A stretch of 64,000 bases of DNA from Eutreptiella sp. 'Long Island Sound 2002'. Taxonomy: Eukaryota; Protista; Euglenida. Where the stretch lies: the NCBI GenBank assembly GCA_964036045.1, contig OZ038378.1:71052001-71116000 (forward strand). Direction: 5' to 3'. Below are positions 25,327 to 38,979 of this stretch, one piece after another. Position numbers and translations under genes: made by a program. How positions within the stretch are numbered: position 1 is the first letter of the stretch; every line of letters begins with the position of its first letter. The notes beneath the pieces are model-generated. The model ran no database searches and was not told the origin of the DNA. It saw nothing but the letters and a program-made list of their open reading frames with translations.

Positions 25327-28300
25327 TTGGTACTGATGGCTCCAACTCAACCCAAATCCCGACCTCCCTCTGATGCCACGTCCAGGTCAAGTGGCGGATT
25401 GAAAAAAAAGGCTCATGGATCTAGTATTAAGGCTCCTGACCCTCGTAACACCATACTTGGGAAGCTTGATCCTAGTTGTATCTCCGTTCAAATTGATGTG
25501 GACTCTGCATCCACGGCTTCTATCTCGTCCATTCCTCTCCCTTTCCCTCCTCAATCAACTCAAAGTGACCCTAGTGGTCAATATAAACATGATGGATCTC
25601 AAAAGAAATTAACCGATGAGATATTTGTTGCCCCTTCTCCTCGCACCAACCGAGTCGGCCAACCCGCCTTGTCCCCATCCCGTAGCTCTTCCTCACCAAG
25701 TGTAGCGCCAAGCAACACCTTGGAGAGCAATACGGAAGGAAATGAAGCGGAGAAAAAAAAGGCGGAAGAAAAAAACAATGAAGAAAAAGACGATGGGAAA
25801 AAAAAGGCGGAAGAAAACGAAGCGGAAACAAAAAAAATGGACGAACAAAAAAAAGCCAAAGAAAAAAAAGCGGCCGAGAGAACGGAACCACCGAAGAGGA
25901 GTGAAGACTCGTCTACTATGAGCAATGCACCGTCTCTTCCTTCAACTCGTGCTTCCTCCATTGTTCCTTCTTCCAAGGCTCACCATGGACGGGGTTCCCA
26001 CTTGGGAGACGATTATGATGTGTCCATCGTTGACTTTCCCGACATAAGGCATGCCTTTACCTCTCCTTCCCCCAACAAGACACCAATCACACCTCAAAGA
26101 TTGCCACACCCGTCAGAACCCCTGGTGCACAAGATGACATGGGGATGCAAGCGTCGGTAGACCCTCTCCCCACTCAACAAATGGCTTTAGAAAGAAATCC
26201 AATTCAGGCGCTTGCACAACGCAATTTTCGGCCAAACGGAGCCTTGCCAACCGGTTTCCCCGAGCCTCGCGACCTCACCAAGGACGTTCAAGGCGGCAAA
26301 ATCCCGCTCAAAGGCCAAAACCGTTTCTCAAAAATAGATGTGCTCTCATCTTCGCCTACGGTCTACCATGATACCTCGCCTCTTCCACCCACCGACCTCT
26401 TGTCAGCCTTGGTGCCCACGCCGCAAATACTCCTATTTGGAGACGGGCTTCCCTATTCGGGATTCCTACGGAGTTTTTCAATTGCGGACATGACCAATTT
26501 TGAGTGGCCAAAACTCATTGGCCTCGTTTCCTTTGCCATCCTCCCAAGCTTTGCGCCCTTTCAAGATGAACCCCCGTTTTTCTCTCATCGCTTCATTGTC
26601 AAACAAATAGTGGCAATGTTGCGGGCGGCTAAGAAACAGGACAAACCAACCACTTTTTGGCTTGCGTATCAGGCACGTAGCAATGCGGCCGATGTTGAAC
26701 TTGCCACTGTCCTAGATAGGAGAATTGACCTTGTTCCCTCGTTGGGTTTTCTATGGTTGTCCGTCGTATGCCAAGTCATCCACATGGGAACCCGCGCCCC
26801 GGACTCCCACGACATCCACACCTCTCCCAGCCCCTTGGACCAACCGCTCATTATCTTTCAGCTCACTTCTGTTCCCCTACCAAAAGGTCATGTCCCTCAA
26901 ACCATCGGGTACTTCCCAAGGAATGTCGACTCTACACAGCCCATTCCCCCGCAAGTACACACTCCACAAGCCTCTCTTTTTCAAGTACGTTTAGACGTCC
27001 CCATCGACATCACGCGGGAAGTTGACGGGGTTGAGGTGAAATGCACATATGATTTTACGATGTCGCCAGATCCCGAAATTCAGTTGCCCTACTACCGCTG
27101 AAACCGCCGCGGTCGCGATTTTCCCGCCTCCGCAAGCATTTTTGGCTCATTTTGCGAGATTTGTGCCAATTCTGTGCGCAGTTAAGCAGATTTAAGACGC
27201 GCAATCTACCAATCGCAATCATATCCTGCTCCTGTGATCAAATGAGGGTCATCCCATCAACCTTTAGGGAGATATTTCCAAAATACCGCCTTTTCGGGCC
27301 TTTTTTGGCACTTTTTCACGAAGAAAGTGGCATAAGTGGATTTCGGGGAGGTCTCATGAGATTTCAAATGGGTCAAGGTTCTCCCTAAGGTTAGTTTGGC
27401 CTTAGCAAACCACAATATTTGACCCTGAATGGTGGTGCATCAAGATAATTGAGCGGCGGGTGCCGAAATTGCCCCAAAACAGCCATATTTGCCCTTTTTA
27501 ACTTGTAATTCTCGTGTAAGTAGATTTAGGGGAGGTATCATGAGATTTCAAATTGCTCACCCTTGTTGCTAAGGTTAGTTTGGCCTTGGCAAAAAACCAT
27601 ATGTGACCCTACATGCTCTTGAATCAAGATGTATCAACGGCGGGTGCCAAAATTGCCCCAAAACAGCCATATTTGCCTTGTTTGACGTCTAATTCTAGTA
27701 TAAGTAGATTTAGGGGAGGTATCATGAGATTTCAAATTGCTCCACCTTGTTCCCAAGGTTAGCTTGGCCTTGGCAAAACACCATATGTGACCCTGCATGC
27801 TCTTGCATCAAGATATATCAACGGTGGGTGCACATCTCCGGCTCCTTGCCGCTGATGCTGATGCTCAATGGACTCAACCCCGACGACACGTCCACAGTAC
27901 TAAAGGAGCTCACCATACCTAGGATAACTAAATCATTTTGGCCCGTAATTGTCAACTCCGCCCCTGATGGCTATCGCCTTTTTGATTTTTTCATCCCATT
28001 TAATGTCTTGGGCAATTTTCCTGACGAACAGCCCGCCCTCATGGACATGGGTGTATCCATAGGACTCCTTGATCGCTCCGTCAAGGAGTCCTCCATCATC
28101 ATTACACACCAGCCCCGTTTTCAAAAAGGTGCGGCGCGCAAACGCAAGTTCCCCTCGGATGAAGTCCGCACTGCCATTGAAATGAACCCCCCACTTTTCC
28201 GCAAATTCGCCTTCCTTGTACTCCTCAACAAGTATGACGTTTTCAGTATGGTGCATGACCCCATGCTCATACAGCCTGCAGTGCAAGAAATAGAAAATCT

Positions 28301-28793
28301 GGGCGACATGATGTGTGTGTCCGCGCACACTAACGCTAGAATTTTTGCGAAAGACTTCGCCAGAGAGGTGGAACCCCCTTTCTCCATTGTGCGATTCCCC
28401 CCTACGCTGGACACACGTGATGTGCTACTGTCAGCCGCTGCTTTCAAACCGGTTGAAGACCACCAAATGTTTCGGCAATCGGGACTGGTCATGGTTAAAT
28501 ACCAAGCCACACAGTCCGCTGTTGCCTCATACGGCGCTACACTGCCTGGACCAGTGTACTTCTCGTCGGGAAACACATCCAAAGATGTCAACATGTCCCT
28601 TGCGGATTGCCTGGAACAAGTTCGCCTCACTCCCCTCCCGGATCCCTTTCTCAACGAGGCTAATCTTGCTGCCGCCACGAATGCGCTCAGCGAATTCCAA
28701 ATGCCCGACATAAACTCCGCCCATACACCCTCTCCTGTACCCACAGCACCACCCTCCGTCTCCAACTCATCTTCTTTTCTCCAGCAACCATGA
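25327..28793 (+). pseudogene. L-young ORF1 (about 910 aa reconstructed; one frameshift near 26135 and a 732-bp insertion)
   Basis: ORFs 25327-26160, 26139-27101 and 27831-28793 join. Removing 27099-27830 restores the frame (YYR|HISGSL). Contains a Ser/Pro-rich region and a K/E-rich predicted coil. Confidence 0.75.
27099..27830 (-). repeat. 732-bp insertion of repeat family C (about 178-bp tandem units) in L-young ORF1
   Basis: Reverse complement matches 20545-21320 (e.g. GGCAAATATGGCTGTTTTGGGGC, TGCGCACAGAATTGGCACAAATC). No TSD or TIR seen. Confidence 0.85.
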
Positions 28794-28821
28794 TGATACA
28801 CCCCGACCGACTCATCGCTGC

Positions 28822-31800
28822 ATGAAGCTACTTTCGCTGGTTTCGCACTGTCAATGGTCCTCTACCTCGGCTTGCACGACAGGCATGCTCATGAATTTGT
28901 TACGGCGGCACTCCTTTGCCCTACACTACACTCATGTTGCTACTGCCATCTGCATAGCCACGCATGGCGCTCTCCGCTTGCACTACGCAATCGCAGTCAG
29001 TATTGCAGCAAATTGTCTGATCAGAATGTGTCAGCTACTACATCGTCACATCCTGTGTTTCGCTGCCCCCCCACCACTGGCTCACGTTCCGACGTCTCCA
29101 CCTCTACAGGTCCCACCTGATGGGGCGGCTGATGTGACATATGTGAATCTGTCTACAGTGTGTCCTGTGCCTATCTCGAGAGGTAACAGTGCCCCCCTCC
29201 ACACAGTCATCGTTCCTTTCTGTAACATTAGTGCCATCATATTGGCGCTCATTCGTTTAATCCTCATGCGCCAGGCTATCCTGCTCTATGCGCTTATAAG
29301 ATACCCCCTATCCGCAGATTGTGGACGTCAGAGTGTTCCACCCTGCTACAACCCCGCTGCGCCGGTCTGCTCCGTTTCCAAACAATGTCAGGGAGTCCCA
29401 CCCTGCAGCTCACTGAATGGATGCTTCAGCCCCGGCTCTGATGATCCATCAAGTATGCACCAGCCCTTGGGCACACCACACTCACCACACGCACGCACAC
29501 TCACATATGACACACTGACATTCGGTTCACTCAATGTCGGCGGCGTGCAGGTGACGCCAAACAGATTGTGTCACATACTATCCGGACTTACGCCATTGCC
29601 CCACACCCTTTCCTTCCAAGAGTTCAGGCCCAGCTCCACCTCAACGTTACGTGATCACGAGCCCGTGGCGATGTACTCGGGGTACCATCTGCATGCCAGC
29701 TCCCCTACATCTAAAGAAGGAGTAGCCCTCCTCATACACACTTCTTTTGCACCAGCTCCTCCGCCAATACGCGTTCACATCCCTGGTAGGCTGATCTCTG
29801 CCTCCATATCACTGCACAGCGACCCCTGGATGCCCTCCCTGTCCATTGCCTCATACTATGGGCCGCACACGGCTGCCGCCAGGCTCCTGTGTGAGAAGGC
29901 CCTTGCGGGATTATCCCAGGAGTCTGCCATCATTCTAGGAGATTATAACGCCGTAACTCACCCCAGCCACACTACTGCCCTCCGGGCGCCCATGTGGCCT
30001 TGGCTAGTGGCAAAGGAGCGCGCCGGCACCCTGGTTGACCTCATAACCCCGCACCACGATTCTGTCCCCTACACCAGAGTACGTCGGTACGGGGGCACCA
30101 AGAGCTATATTGACAGAGCCTATGGGTCCCGGCTATTCCAGGCCCTCTATAAGACATCAGGGGCCCAGGTACCTGACTTCTCCGGTGTCGCCGGGATTCA
30201 GGACCATGACTTCATCCTCGTCCACACGGCGCCGTGGTCACAGCAAGTGCTCCCCGAAATGCGCTGTGCCATGTGGAACCGCCGTGATGTCACCGCATAT
30301 AAAAAACGTATCGCAGCCCTGACTGTCGACATGCCTCCCCCAGTCTCTGCACATGACTGCGTGCTCACATACGCACAGCTCACGTCGCACATGCTGACCG
30401 CCATGCGTGAGGTTAACACATCTAAGACCCCGGTCACACCTGTTACTGAGGATCCAAGCGACTGGGCCTCTGTGATCCGGCAATTGGCCAAACAGGCCAA
30501 GCGAAGATCCAAGGTATTTTACCGCAGAGTAAAACACACCCTCTTATCGCCCCCCGCCCAATCAACACTCCCCACCCCCACACGGAAAATACAACGTATC
30601 CTCCAACGCAACACCCCATGGTCTGCGCGCGCACTGTCACACGTACCCCAGCGCCCCAGACATCAGGATGTACCGCCCCCCACGCTGGCTGCACTGCGCG
30701 AACTGGCCCGCTCGTCATGCAAAAAATCCCCCGGTCCAGACAAAGTGCCCCCGTACCTGCTCCACGTACTCCCCGATGAAACATTCCGTCTGGTACACGC
30801 CTGTGTCACCCTCTGCTACGAGGAGGGCACCATCCGAGATGATTGGCTGGTTTCAGAGACTTTTTGTCTTCTTAAAGGGAAGGGTAAGTGGCAGGACCCC
30901 GACCGCTGGAGGCCCATCGCCATGAGTAATTCAATTTACCGGCTATTCATGCGATGGGTCTACTCACAGCTGTACCCCCTAATATCCCCACACCTGCACC
31001 ACAGACAATTCGGCGGTAGGCAGGGTATATCCACAGCCAACGCCACACAAATTTTCCTCGATGACCTCGACAAACTAGGGCCGGTAGAGGCCATTCTGGC
31101 CTTTGATGTCTACCATGCCTTTGACAGCCCCCGGAAAATCCTGATCCGTGCCGTCCTTGACAAATTGGGAACTCCCCCGAAATTACTGCGCATAATCACC
31201 CTGGTAATGGAAAGGGGCTCCACTTTTCTCAGGGGGGCCGAACAGGAAATTTTCCGCACAACACACGGGGTGAAACAAGGGTGTCCCCTCTCCTGTTTCC
31301 TCTTCGTCGTCGTTTTCGACATCCCCCTGCGCGTGCTCGACCAACATGGCATCACCTTCTCTGCATATGTTGATGACATATGCTCCCCGACCCCCCCCAA
31401 GGGCAGCCAGCATCAAGCACAACTTGTCCAGTATGCCCTCAGCCCCATCGCTTGTCAGCTGAATGTGGGCAAGAGCGAGTCCCTCCCTATGCTCCATTCC
31501 CCCACTGATCTGCCTCTCCTCCCCAAATATTTGCACCCACCATGCGCGCTTCAGGCTTCCAATGAATCGCTTTGGCAATCAGTCCCCGCCGAATCCCCGC
31601 CAGAATGGAGCTCACAGGTAAATCATCCTTTCGTCAGGGCCAGATATATCATGCATCTGGGCCATCCCCTGGCCCCGCGGCTCTGTGTCGACAGAGCGCT
31701 GTCTATCGTCCTGGAGGAACTGAGAAGCCAACTCACTGAGCTGCACTCACAACCGATCCAAGTCCTTGATAGGGTTCTTTTGGTAAACACCATGGTACTG

Positions 31801-33199
31801 CCACGCCTACTATACCGCACAGAATGTATACCGCTCACTGTCACAAAGCTACACTCACTTAACTCGCTGATTGAAAAATTCATATTACGTGTGCTAGGCC
31901 TGCCCTCCGTCGTTGCCGGGAAAACTCTGTACACTCACAGAAGCCATGGACTCGGCATGGGTTACTTCCCTGTGCTCCACCCCACGAGAGTACTAAACAC
32001 ACTGCACCGCAATCCTTACCTCCACACCATGTCCACGCGATCCCAGCACCCACTCACCCCATACAACACATTTAAGGCAGCGATTGCCTTACTGAACCCC
32101 AGTCCAGAGGCACAACAGCCCCTGGTGTCCACCACGTGGGCCGCCAACAAGCTGATGCGCGACGCCACTGCGATTGTCCATATCGCTGGTTTGTCAGTCT
32201 ACCTGGTGCCCTCACACCTCCACCCCGGATCGGCCTACTCTGATGGCAGCAAACTCGGAAGCCCACCCTCGGCCGGTGCCGCAGTTGTCCTCAGAGATGG
32301 CAGGATAGCAGTTTGCCGAGTACCAGGAGTTCCCAACTCCTATAAAGCAGAGCTAATTGGCGTCCTTCTGGGGTCACACCTGTCCCCTGCACACAAAAAC
32401 ATCCGCCTTGACTGCAAGGGAGCTATTGCTTCTACACAAGGGCAGAAACGCCCGGTACGCCAAGCTTACTGGGTACAAGAGGTACGCTCGTCCCTCTCCT
32501 CAAAAGGGCAAACCCTTGAGTGGGTCAAAGGCCACACGGGTGACACCCACAATGTGGCGGCCGATGAGTATGCCAAAATCGGCACAGTCCTCCCCCTCCC
32601 TGCCCCCCTGCATCGACAGCAACCCTGGGATGTAATCCGGCACGGTGAGCGCCTGCTACCCACCCATAAATTCCATTCCCTCTCACTCTGACGACTCCTT
32701 CCACCCACTCTCCTGGCGGCCACTGCGATTCAGGCGCTTGGCGTGGCATAAGTGGCTTTTCGGCTTGCAATCCCGCATTGGGTATGCCCACTATGCCACC
32801 TTCTGGAGTGATGCCCCGGGCAAGACAGACTGCCCACACTGCCACCGCCGTCACAATCCCAGTCTGCATGGTGTCCTTGCTTACTGCACCCCCTCCCACC
32901 CCTTGGTCTGCGCGTGGCTGTCCAGCTCGACTGCCAGTAATCTTGTCAAGACATGGCGCCAGGCTGCCTGCCGCAAAGACCTCCGCATTGTAGGCCGGCT
33001 GGCAGTCCCGCGGTCCCTGTATAGATACCTCCGAGGACACCTAGGTGGACTTCGAGCTGTCCGAAAGGAAGTAGGACACTATCAAAACAAGGTACTGGAT
33101 TCTGTCACTGCGGTCTTGGAACACGCCGTCCCGAAACGCCCCCCCAACAGACCCAACCCCTTCATCTCTGCACACTGGACGGGCCCTCTGTCACTGTGA
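28822..33199 (+). CDS. L-young ORF2: AP endonuclease, reverse transcriptase, RNase H, C-terminal Cys/His finger (one frameshift near 32672)
   Basis: APE: SLNVGG, FQEF, YYGPH, GDYNA, YIDR, QDH. RT: SPGPD, WRPIAMSN, AFDVYHAFDS, GVKQGCPLS, YVDD. RNase H: YSDGS, AELIG, RLDCK, WVKGH, NVAADEYAK. Finger: CPHCHRRH...HGVLAYC in the 32645-33199 frame. Confidence 0.95.
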
Positions 33200-33984
33200 C
33201 CACCCCCTTCTGCTGCCCTCGCTCTCCTTCACAGGGAACGTCGATTCGAGGCATTTCGCTGACGATCTCGTTAATCTAACTTCGTCCTGCTCTCATGGCC
33301 TGTACATACAGATCACAGGCGACCTTCACTGTCTGGCTCTCGTCCTGATTCAGTCCCTGCTTTGCGTTGCCCTGCTCAGAAGGCCAGTACACAGTGGAAC
33401 CCCCCCCCCCCTGAGTCCTTGACTACACCCCGGGCGGCCGCGTTCAGCCTGATCGGCCTGAGCAAGTCCCCCATGCCCTGCCCCCGTGTCTACATCTGCA
33501 CTGTCATTTCTTTTTCAGCCTGTCCCCTGTACCCTGTCTCTGTGTTTTTGGTTGCAACGTCACTATTTTTTCACCAACCTTTGGCAGGTTGGCCCTCACA
33601 TGGCCCTTACACGCCCACATCACTGTCGTGTGAGTGCAATGCCAATCTCTCCCTCCTCCTGGCCACCGGCCCACATCCCTCCTGCTTCTCTCTCCTGGGG
33701 AAATGCCCTGGATTGGCACCCGCGCGGACAGTACCCCCTCTCACACTGCCACCACCCCCGGCCGTGGAGTGCGGGGCGACCACTTCTGTGTTATCCACAT
33801 GTTCAAATATTCTGCACAAACGCAAACCCACTGTCCACGGCTCCCTTCTCCTCCCTGCTGCCCCACCCACTGACCGTGACCTGGGATGTGGGTGATACTC
33901 TGTATGATGGGCTGGCCTCCCGAGGACTCTCGAGCAGTGACTTTGGACTTGTATTACAAAACAAAAAAAAAGGCTCCCGTCTCA

Positions 33985-36900
33985 CACACGCATCGACCCG
34001 ATACTCTCTTCTCCTTCTTCCAACACCATTTTCAAACCTTTCAATACCTTCATTGATGTTCACAACGACATCTCCGACCACCGACCTGTATCCACCTCCA
34101 TAGCCATCCAGACCAACCCGATTAACATATACAACATCCCACACGATTCCATTCACTACCGCCCCCTAAGCAAAGAGGAAAAGTCACACTTTACGTCCCT
34201 CAGTAAACCTCTTAACGACTGGCTCTCAAACCACCACGACACTCTCTTCCAACGACCCATTGAACAGTCTGCTCCCTGACTGACTTCCTTTTCACCCAAC
34301 TAGTCACTACCTACAAAAAAGTCAGTCATCAAGCACACGAACAAAAACCAACCAGCGTGGAGAAACAGTTCCTTGACGCTGTAAAAAACTTACCTTCTTC
34401 TGCCTCCAATGCACACAAACCTAAAACACTTCAAACGCTACTCACTGACTGCACCTCAAAGAAACAAGCACAAGCGCACAAGAAACTTCACCACGCCCTC
34501 ATTTCGCACAAACGCATAAGAAAGACAATCAACAATATTTTCAACCCCAGGAACACCACCCCAATCTCTCTCTATGACCAAACTGGTCAGCTCACCACCG
34601 ACCCTTACAAAATGTGCAAATCTATGGGACACATCCTCTCTTCCCTGGGAGGCCCCCCAGAACTTGACACTGACCCAGCCTTCATCGACACTTTCATGAC
34701 CAACTCCCCAAAAATACCCAACGACGCTCCACAACCACACTTTACCAGAGAGTTCTTTAACCTTCCTTTGTGGCGCGCCAAACCCCATACCGCCCCGGGT
34801 TTCGACGAAACCTCTCTTTACCTTTTCTCCATCTGCCCCCCCGACATCCAAACCTACATTTACAGCCTGTGTCCCCTCCTTATCACCGACCACATTCCTT
34901 TTCACTGGCTTAAGGCAAAATATTTTCTACTTTAAAAAAAAGGCGACCCTCATAATCCTATAAACTACAGACCAATAGCACTCCTTAACACACTGTACAA
35001 AATTATAGCTTCTTACGGTGCACACACTCTCACCGACTACGCCACAACGTACCACCTCACCAACAACACACAATACGGCAGACTCCCTAACCACAGAACC
35101 ACAGACCACATATACACTATGATAGCCAACCTATCACTGCACCCAGACAGGTATCACTTATATTTAGACTTAAATAAAGCCTTTAATTCCGTTCCCCACC
35201 GAGCCTTATGGCAAATACTCTCCAACTACAACATACCTCACTCCATCATCAACCTCATCCAAAACCTGTACGCCTGCCCCCATGACTTCCTCGTCGTCAA
35301 CGGCTTCGCCCTCTTTGCAGCCAACTGCATAAGAGGACTTAGACAAGGATGCCCCATGTCCCCCATACTCGTTAACCTTTTTGTCGACCCCATCATTAAC
35401 CACATACAATCTCTCCTACCTAAACACGAATTGAACGACCTTTTCTCTTTCATTGACGACATCGCCCTCCAAACAACCTCCCATGCCACTCTCCACAACG
35501 TACTCCACTTCCTCTTTGTCCAAGGGCCCCGATACGGCCTTTCTTTCAACACTACAAAGTCCAAACTCCACGCCCTCAACAACGCCACCCACATCACCAT
35601 TTGTATTAGTCCTACCCAACATTTCAGTACTTTTACCGACGATGGCAACCCCAGTATTTTTTTTTAATTATACCTGGGCACCTACTTTCTCAACAAACAA
35701 CAAAACCCCAGCATGCTCCAACTTCTACTCAACACCATTCACGCTTTTTTCGCCAACATATCCACCCTCCCCCTCACACACAACGAAATCATAAAAATAT
35801 CCAACATACAACTGATACCTACCCTCACTTACCGATTAATCTACAACTCACTCCCGCAACATGCCCTTGACAAACTAGAGATCACAATTTGGAGCCATAT
35901 CTCCAAATTAGGCAAACTATCCTTTCGCACTCCAAACAGAACCAAATACTCTCCCCCACACACACTAGGTCTAAACATCACAAGAATTTCTATCGTAACC
36001 CACATCCAAGCCATCAACCATATACTTCGCTACACGCACTCCGACGGACCTTCCCACACGAACGAAAGAGTCACTTACATCCTACGCCACAAGTCCATTA
36101 ATCCCAACACCATACAACTCATGACTGCTCACTCTGCTAGTTTTTTAGGCTTCCACACTCACAACATACCCACAGTCAATCCATGTCTCCCTTCTCAAAT
36201 TCCTACGCACACAACAATCGAAGTCGCCTTTATTTACTACCAGTCCAACAGCGACTCACCAACATATTCCACTACGAAAAACACCACCCACACCACAAAA
36301 ACAACCCTATGGTTCCAAGGCACAGTCGGCCACCCCCTGCCTCAGAAAACGACAGTTACGCTCCCTGACATGTCCACAATCCTCACCCCCAACCACCAGT
36401 TTCGCTTCCCTACTCTCCCCACATTCCAAGATATTTCCAAGTCTGCCAAGTCTCTCTCACTACCCGACACGACCAACTTCCCTCTATCTTTCACTGGCAC
36501 CACAACCACTCAAAATTTCATTCAATTTACCCTGAAAAACAATCTCTCTCCCCCAAACCCTCAACACATACACTACTGAAGATGCCATGATTGTTTAGAC
36601 GCACTCGACGCCTACCTCAACGCTACGGTCGCCTACACCGACGGGTCGGATGACCCCACAGTGGACACGCCATCGGGTGCCGCCATCACCTTCAACACTA
36701 CACCGCCAACAACCATCTGCAACACATCACCGATAAAAGGATCTTACCCAGCAGAAATTTGTGCCATTATATTGTTTACCTACCTCCCACACATCAACAC
36801 TTCCTCCCAACCAATAATTTGTGCCATTGGCAACCTGTCAGCTTGCTCCACACTCCACCAAATACAACAAGTAAAAGCTAAACCCTTCGCTTCAAACGCT

Positions 36901-37641
36901 AATTGCTTTGCTATTTGGTACAACTATATTTGGGACTTCCTTCACAACACCCACCTTCACATAATTTTCACCTGGATCAAAGGATACGCTGACTTTGCTG
37001 GCAATGAGCATTCTGACAAAATTTCTAAATGGGTATCACTCAACCTCCCCCAACACCCAGAACACCACAGCCCTGACACTTCTCACTTCATATACCACAA
37101 TCATACACCACTACCAGGACGCATTACACGCAAAGCTGTCAAACACCTACTTCCAAACCATAAACACAACAACATACACCTACCTTCTAGCACCAACTTC
37201 TACGCCCACACATGGTGGTTTTCCAGATTACCTTTTAAATGGACAAACGGACTGTACTGTTGCACTGGTTTTCATCCCCATTACAAACTTAACACATATC
37301 AGTGCCCCAAATGCCACACTCATCACCCCCTCGACCCCATAACTACGGTGACCAAATGCGGCACAGCCAAACCTATTCGTGACCTCTTCTTTGAGGTCTG
37401 GCAACAACCCTTCAAGCAAACAGTCATCGACTGGTGGCAACAAGCAACAAAAGGAGAAAGACGAAATTACATCCGCACGCTCATTCCCAACTCACTCAGG
37501 ATTGCACTAAGAGACATCCTACGCGATACTCCCTACCTCCAACACCTACAAAATCTAAAAAACAGCCTTCAAATACAGAAGAAAAAGACTCAAAACAGCA
37601 CTACAAGAGACACAAACCTGGCTCAGACAGAACCCAATTAA
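33985..37641 (+). pseudogene. L-old ORF2 remainder: APE end, RT, RNase H, zinc finger (many frameshifts)
   Basis: TRIDPIL/SDHRPV; NYRPIALLNTLYKI; LDLNKAFNSVPH; GLRQGCPMSPIL; FIDDIA; AYTDGS...SYPAEICA...WIKGYADFAGNEHSD; CPKCHTHH...C. Confidence 0.9.
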
Positions 37642-38523
37642 CGATTTGCACTTAATCCAACCACATTCCGCAGACAACCCATGGAACAACCAATACTCCA
37701 TTTACAGCACTTCATCTCACAACCCCACCTTGTTGACCTACCCAAAACGGACAAACACAACAGTCGCCAATGAATACCCTCACAAACACAGACACATACA
37801 CAGCAACAACAAAAAAAACAAATCCCAACTACTTAATTTACCGTAACTACCCTCACAGAAACACGTTACCCTCAAAAGCCATCGCGAAAATAAAGAAAGC
37901 TCCGCAAGCAACTGGGGGGTTTCTGCCCCGCTTTGGTTTCCGGGTGACGAGTTTCTCCCCCCTTTTTTTCTTTTTTCTCTATTTCTTTCTCGTTTTTCAC
38001 TGTCCTCCCCATCTTCACCACCTGCGATCTGCAGCCCCCCCCCTAGTCCCTTGATACCATTTGACAGACCGACGAGATGGGACCACGTTCGTGTCAACGA
38101 ATTATTGTTGTATATTGATGCTCTCTTCCAGCTCCTTTTCATACACCATCCAGGATTTTGGAGTACGGAATCCTATATAGCGTGGTGATCCATGATGATT
38201 TTTGAAGAGTGTGGATATCATCCTTGATTCTCAGAAATCTGATCTTTCCCCTGACGTCTACCAGAGGTCTACTGACCCCAGATGTATGGAGATTAACGAT
38301 GTCCGAGGCTATCCTTTGAGTCCCAGATTTATATCCGATTTTTCCCTGGTCGCTGGATTTGTGTGAATGGAGATCAGTGGTTTCCAATCCATTCCTTTCC
38401 ATTTGACTTTCCGCACTGGACTGGAGCCTACTGGAGCGATGTCAGTGGATTCCACGTAACTGGAGGTCTCTTATGGTACCCCAGGAAATCTTCGGCCGCA
38501 GTTACTTGTTTGTTTCTGATTTC

Positions 38524-38527
38524 TATA

Positions 38528-38561
<34 letters not shown>
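38524..38561. repeat. (TA)n microsatellite
   Basis: TATATA run interrupted by one CA. Confidence 0.97.
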
Positions 38562-38562
<1 letters not shown>

Positions 38563-38979
38563 GTAGTCCATTTCATTTTCGATTCGTCTCGCGCCATAAC
38601 ACCAACCACAGGGCCAATGGCGAAGCCACAGCCCACAGTAACCAGGCCTTTGATGCAGTTTGGAGCAGGGTCACACCCCCTGAGTTACTGTACATATGGC
38701 TGCTGTCCTTCGAGGAACTTCGGCTCACCATGAACGCTCACTTGCCCTTGGTTAGGCCGCTTTTGTGTTATGCTTGCCGGGGGGCAACCGCCATGCACCA
38801 AAGAATGAGACCAAGTGGCATTCCTGCACATTCCCGGACTTAGTGTCACCAACATTGGTACTCAAGTCCGGGCAGATGGCATCGTGGACGTCGGCTGCAT
38901 CAACAAACAGCTTTAAAGCAATGAAAGGGCCTGCCGTCAAGAGCATGTGGTTGCGGGCGGTGGTGTGGTCCTCCCAAGA

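Larger units (their letters stand above)
25133..33967 (+). mobile_element. Full-length, near-intact LINE with RNase H (L-young)
   Basis: 17-bp TSD, 5' UTR, very long ORF1, ORF2 with APE-RT-RNase H-zinc finger, about 750-bp 3' UTR and an A-tail (ACAAAACAAAAAAAAA). Confidence 0.95.
21440..37900 (+). mobile_element. Older RNase H-bearing LINE (L-old), split by the L-young insertion (occupies 21440-25132 and 33985-37900)
   Basis: ORF1, then APE (GDFN at about 24940). After removing the insert and one TSD copy the frame reads PANKRLPSH|TRIDPIL...ISDHRPV (APE C-terminal motifs), followed by RT, RNase H, C-terminal zinc finger and an A-rich end. Outer boundaries are approximate. Confidence 0.88.

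Noticed and set aside
20545-27830. Inverted family C copies as giant TIRs of one element
   Set aside because: One copy is outside L-old and the other is inside L-young ORF1; they are strongly diverged and inserted independently.
27933-33040. Antisense ORFs over L-young (e.g. 28121-28801, 32525-33040)
   Set aside because: Shadow frames of the sense LINE ORFs.
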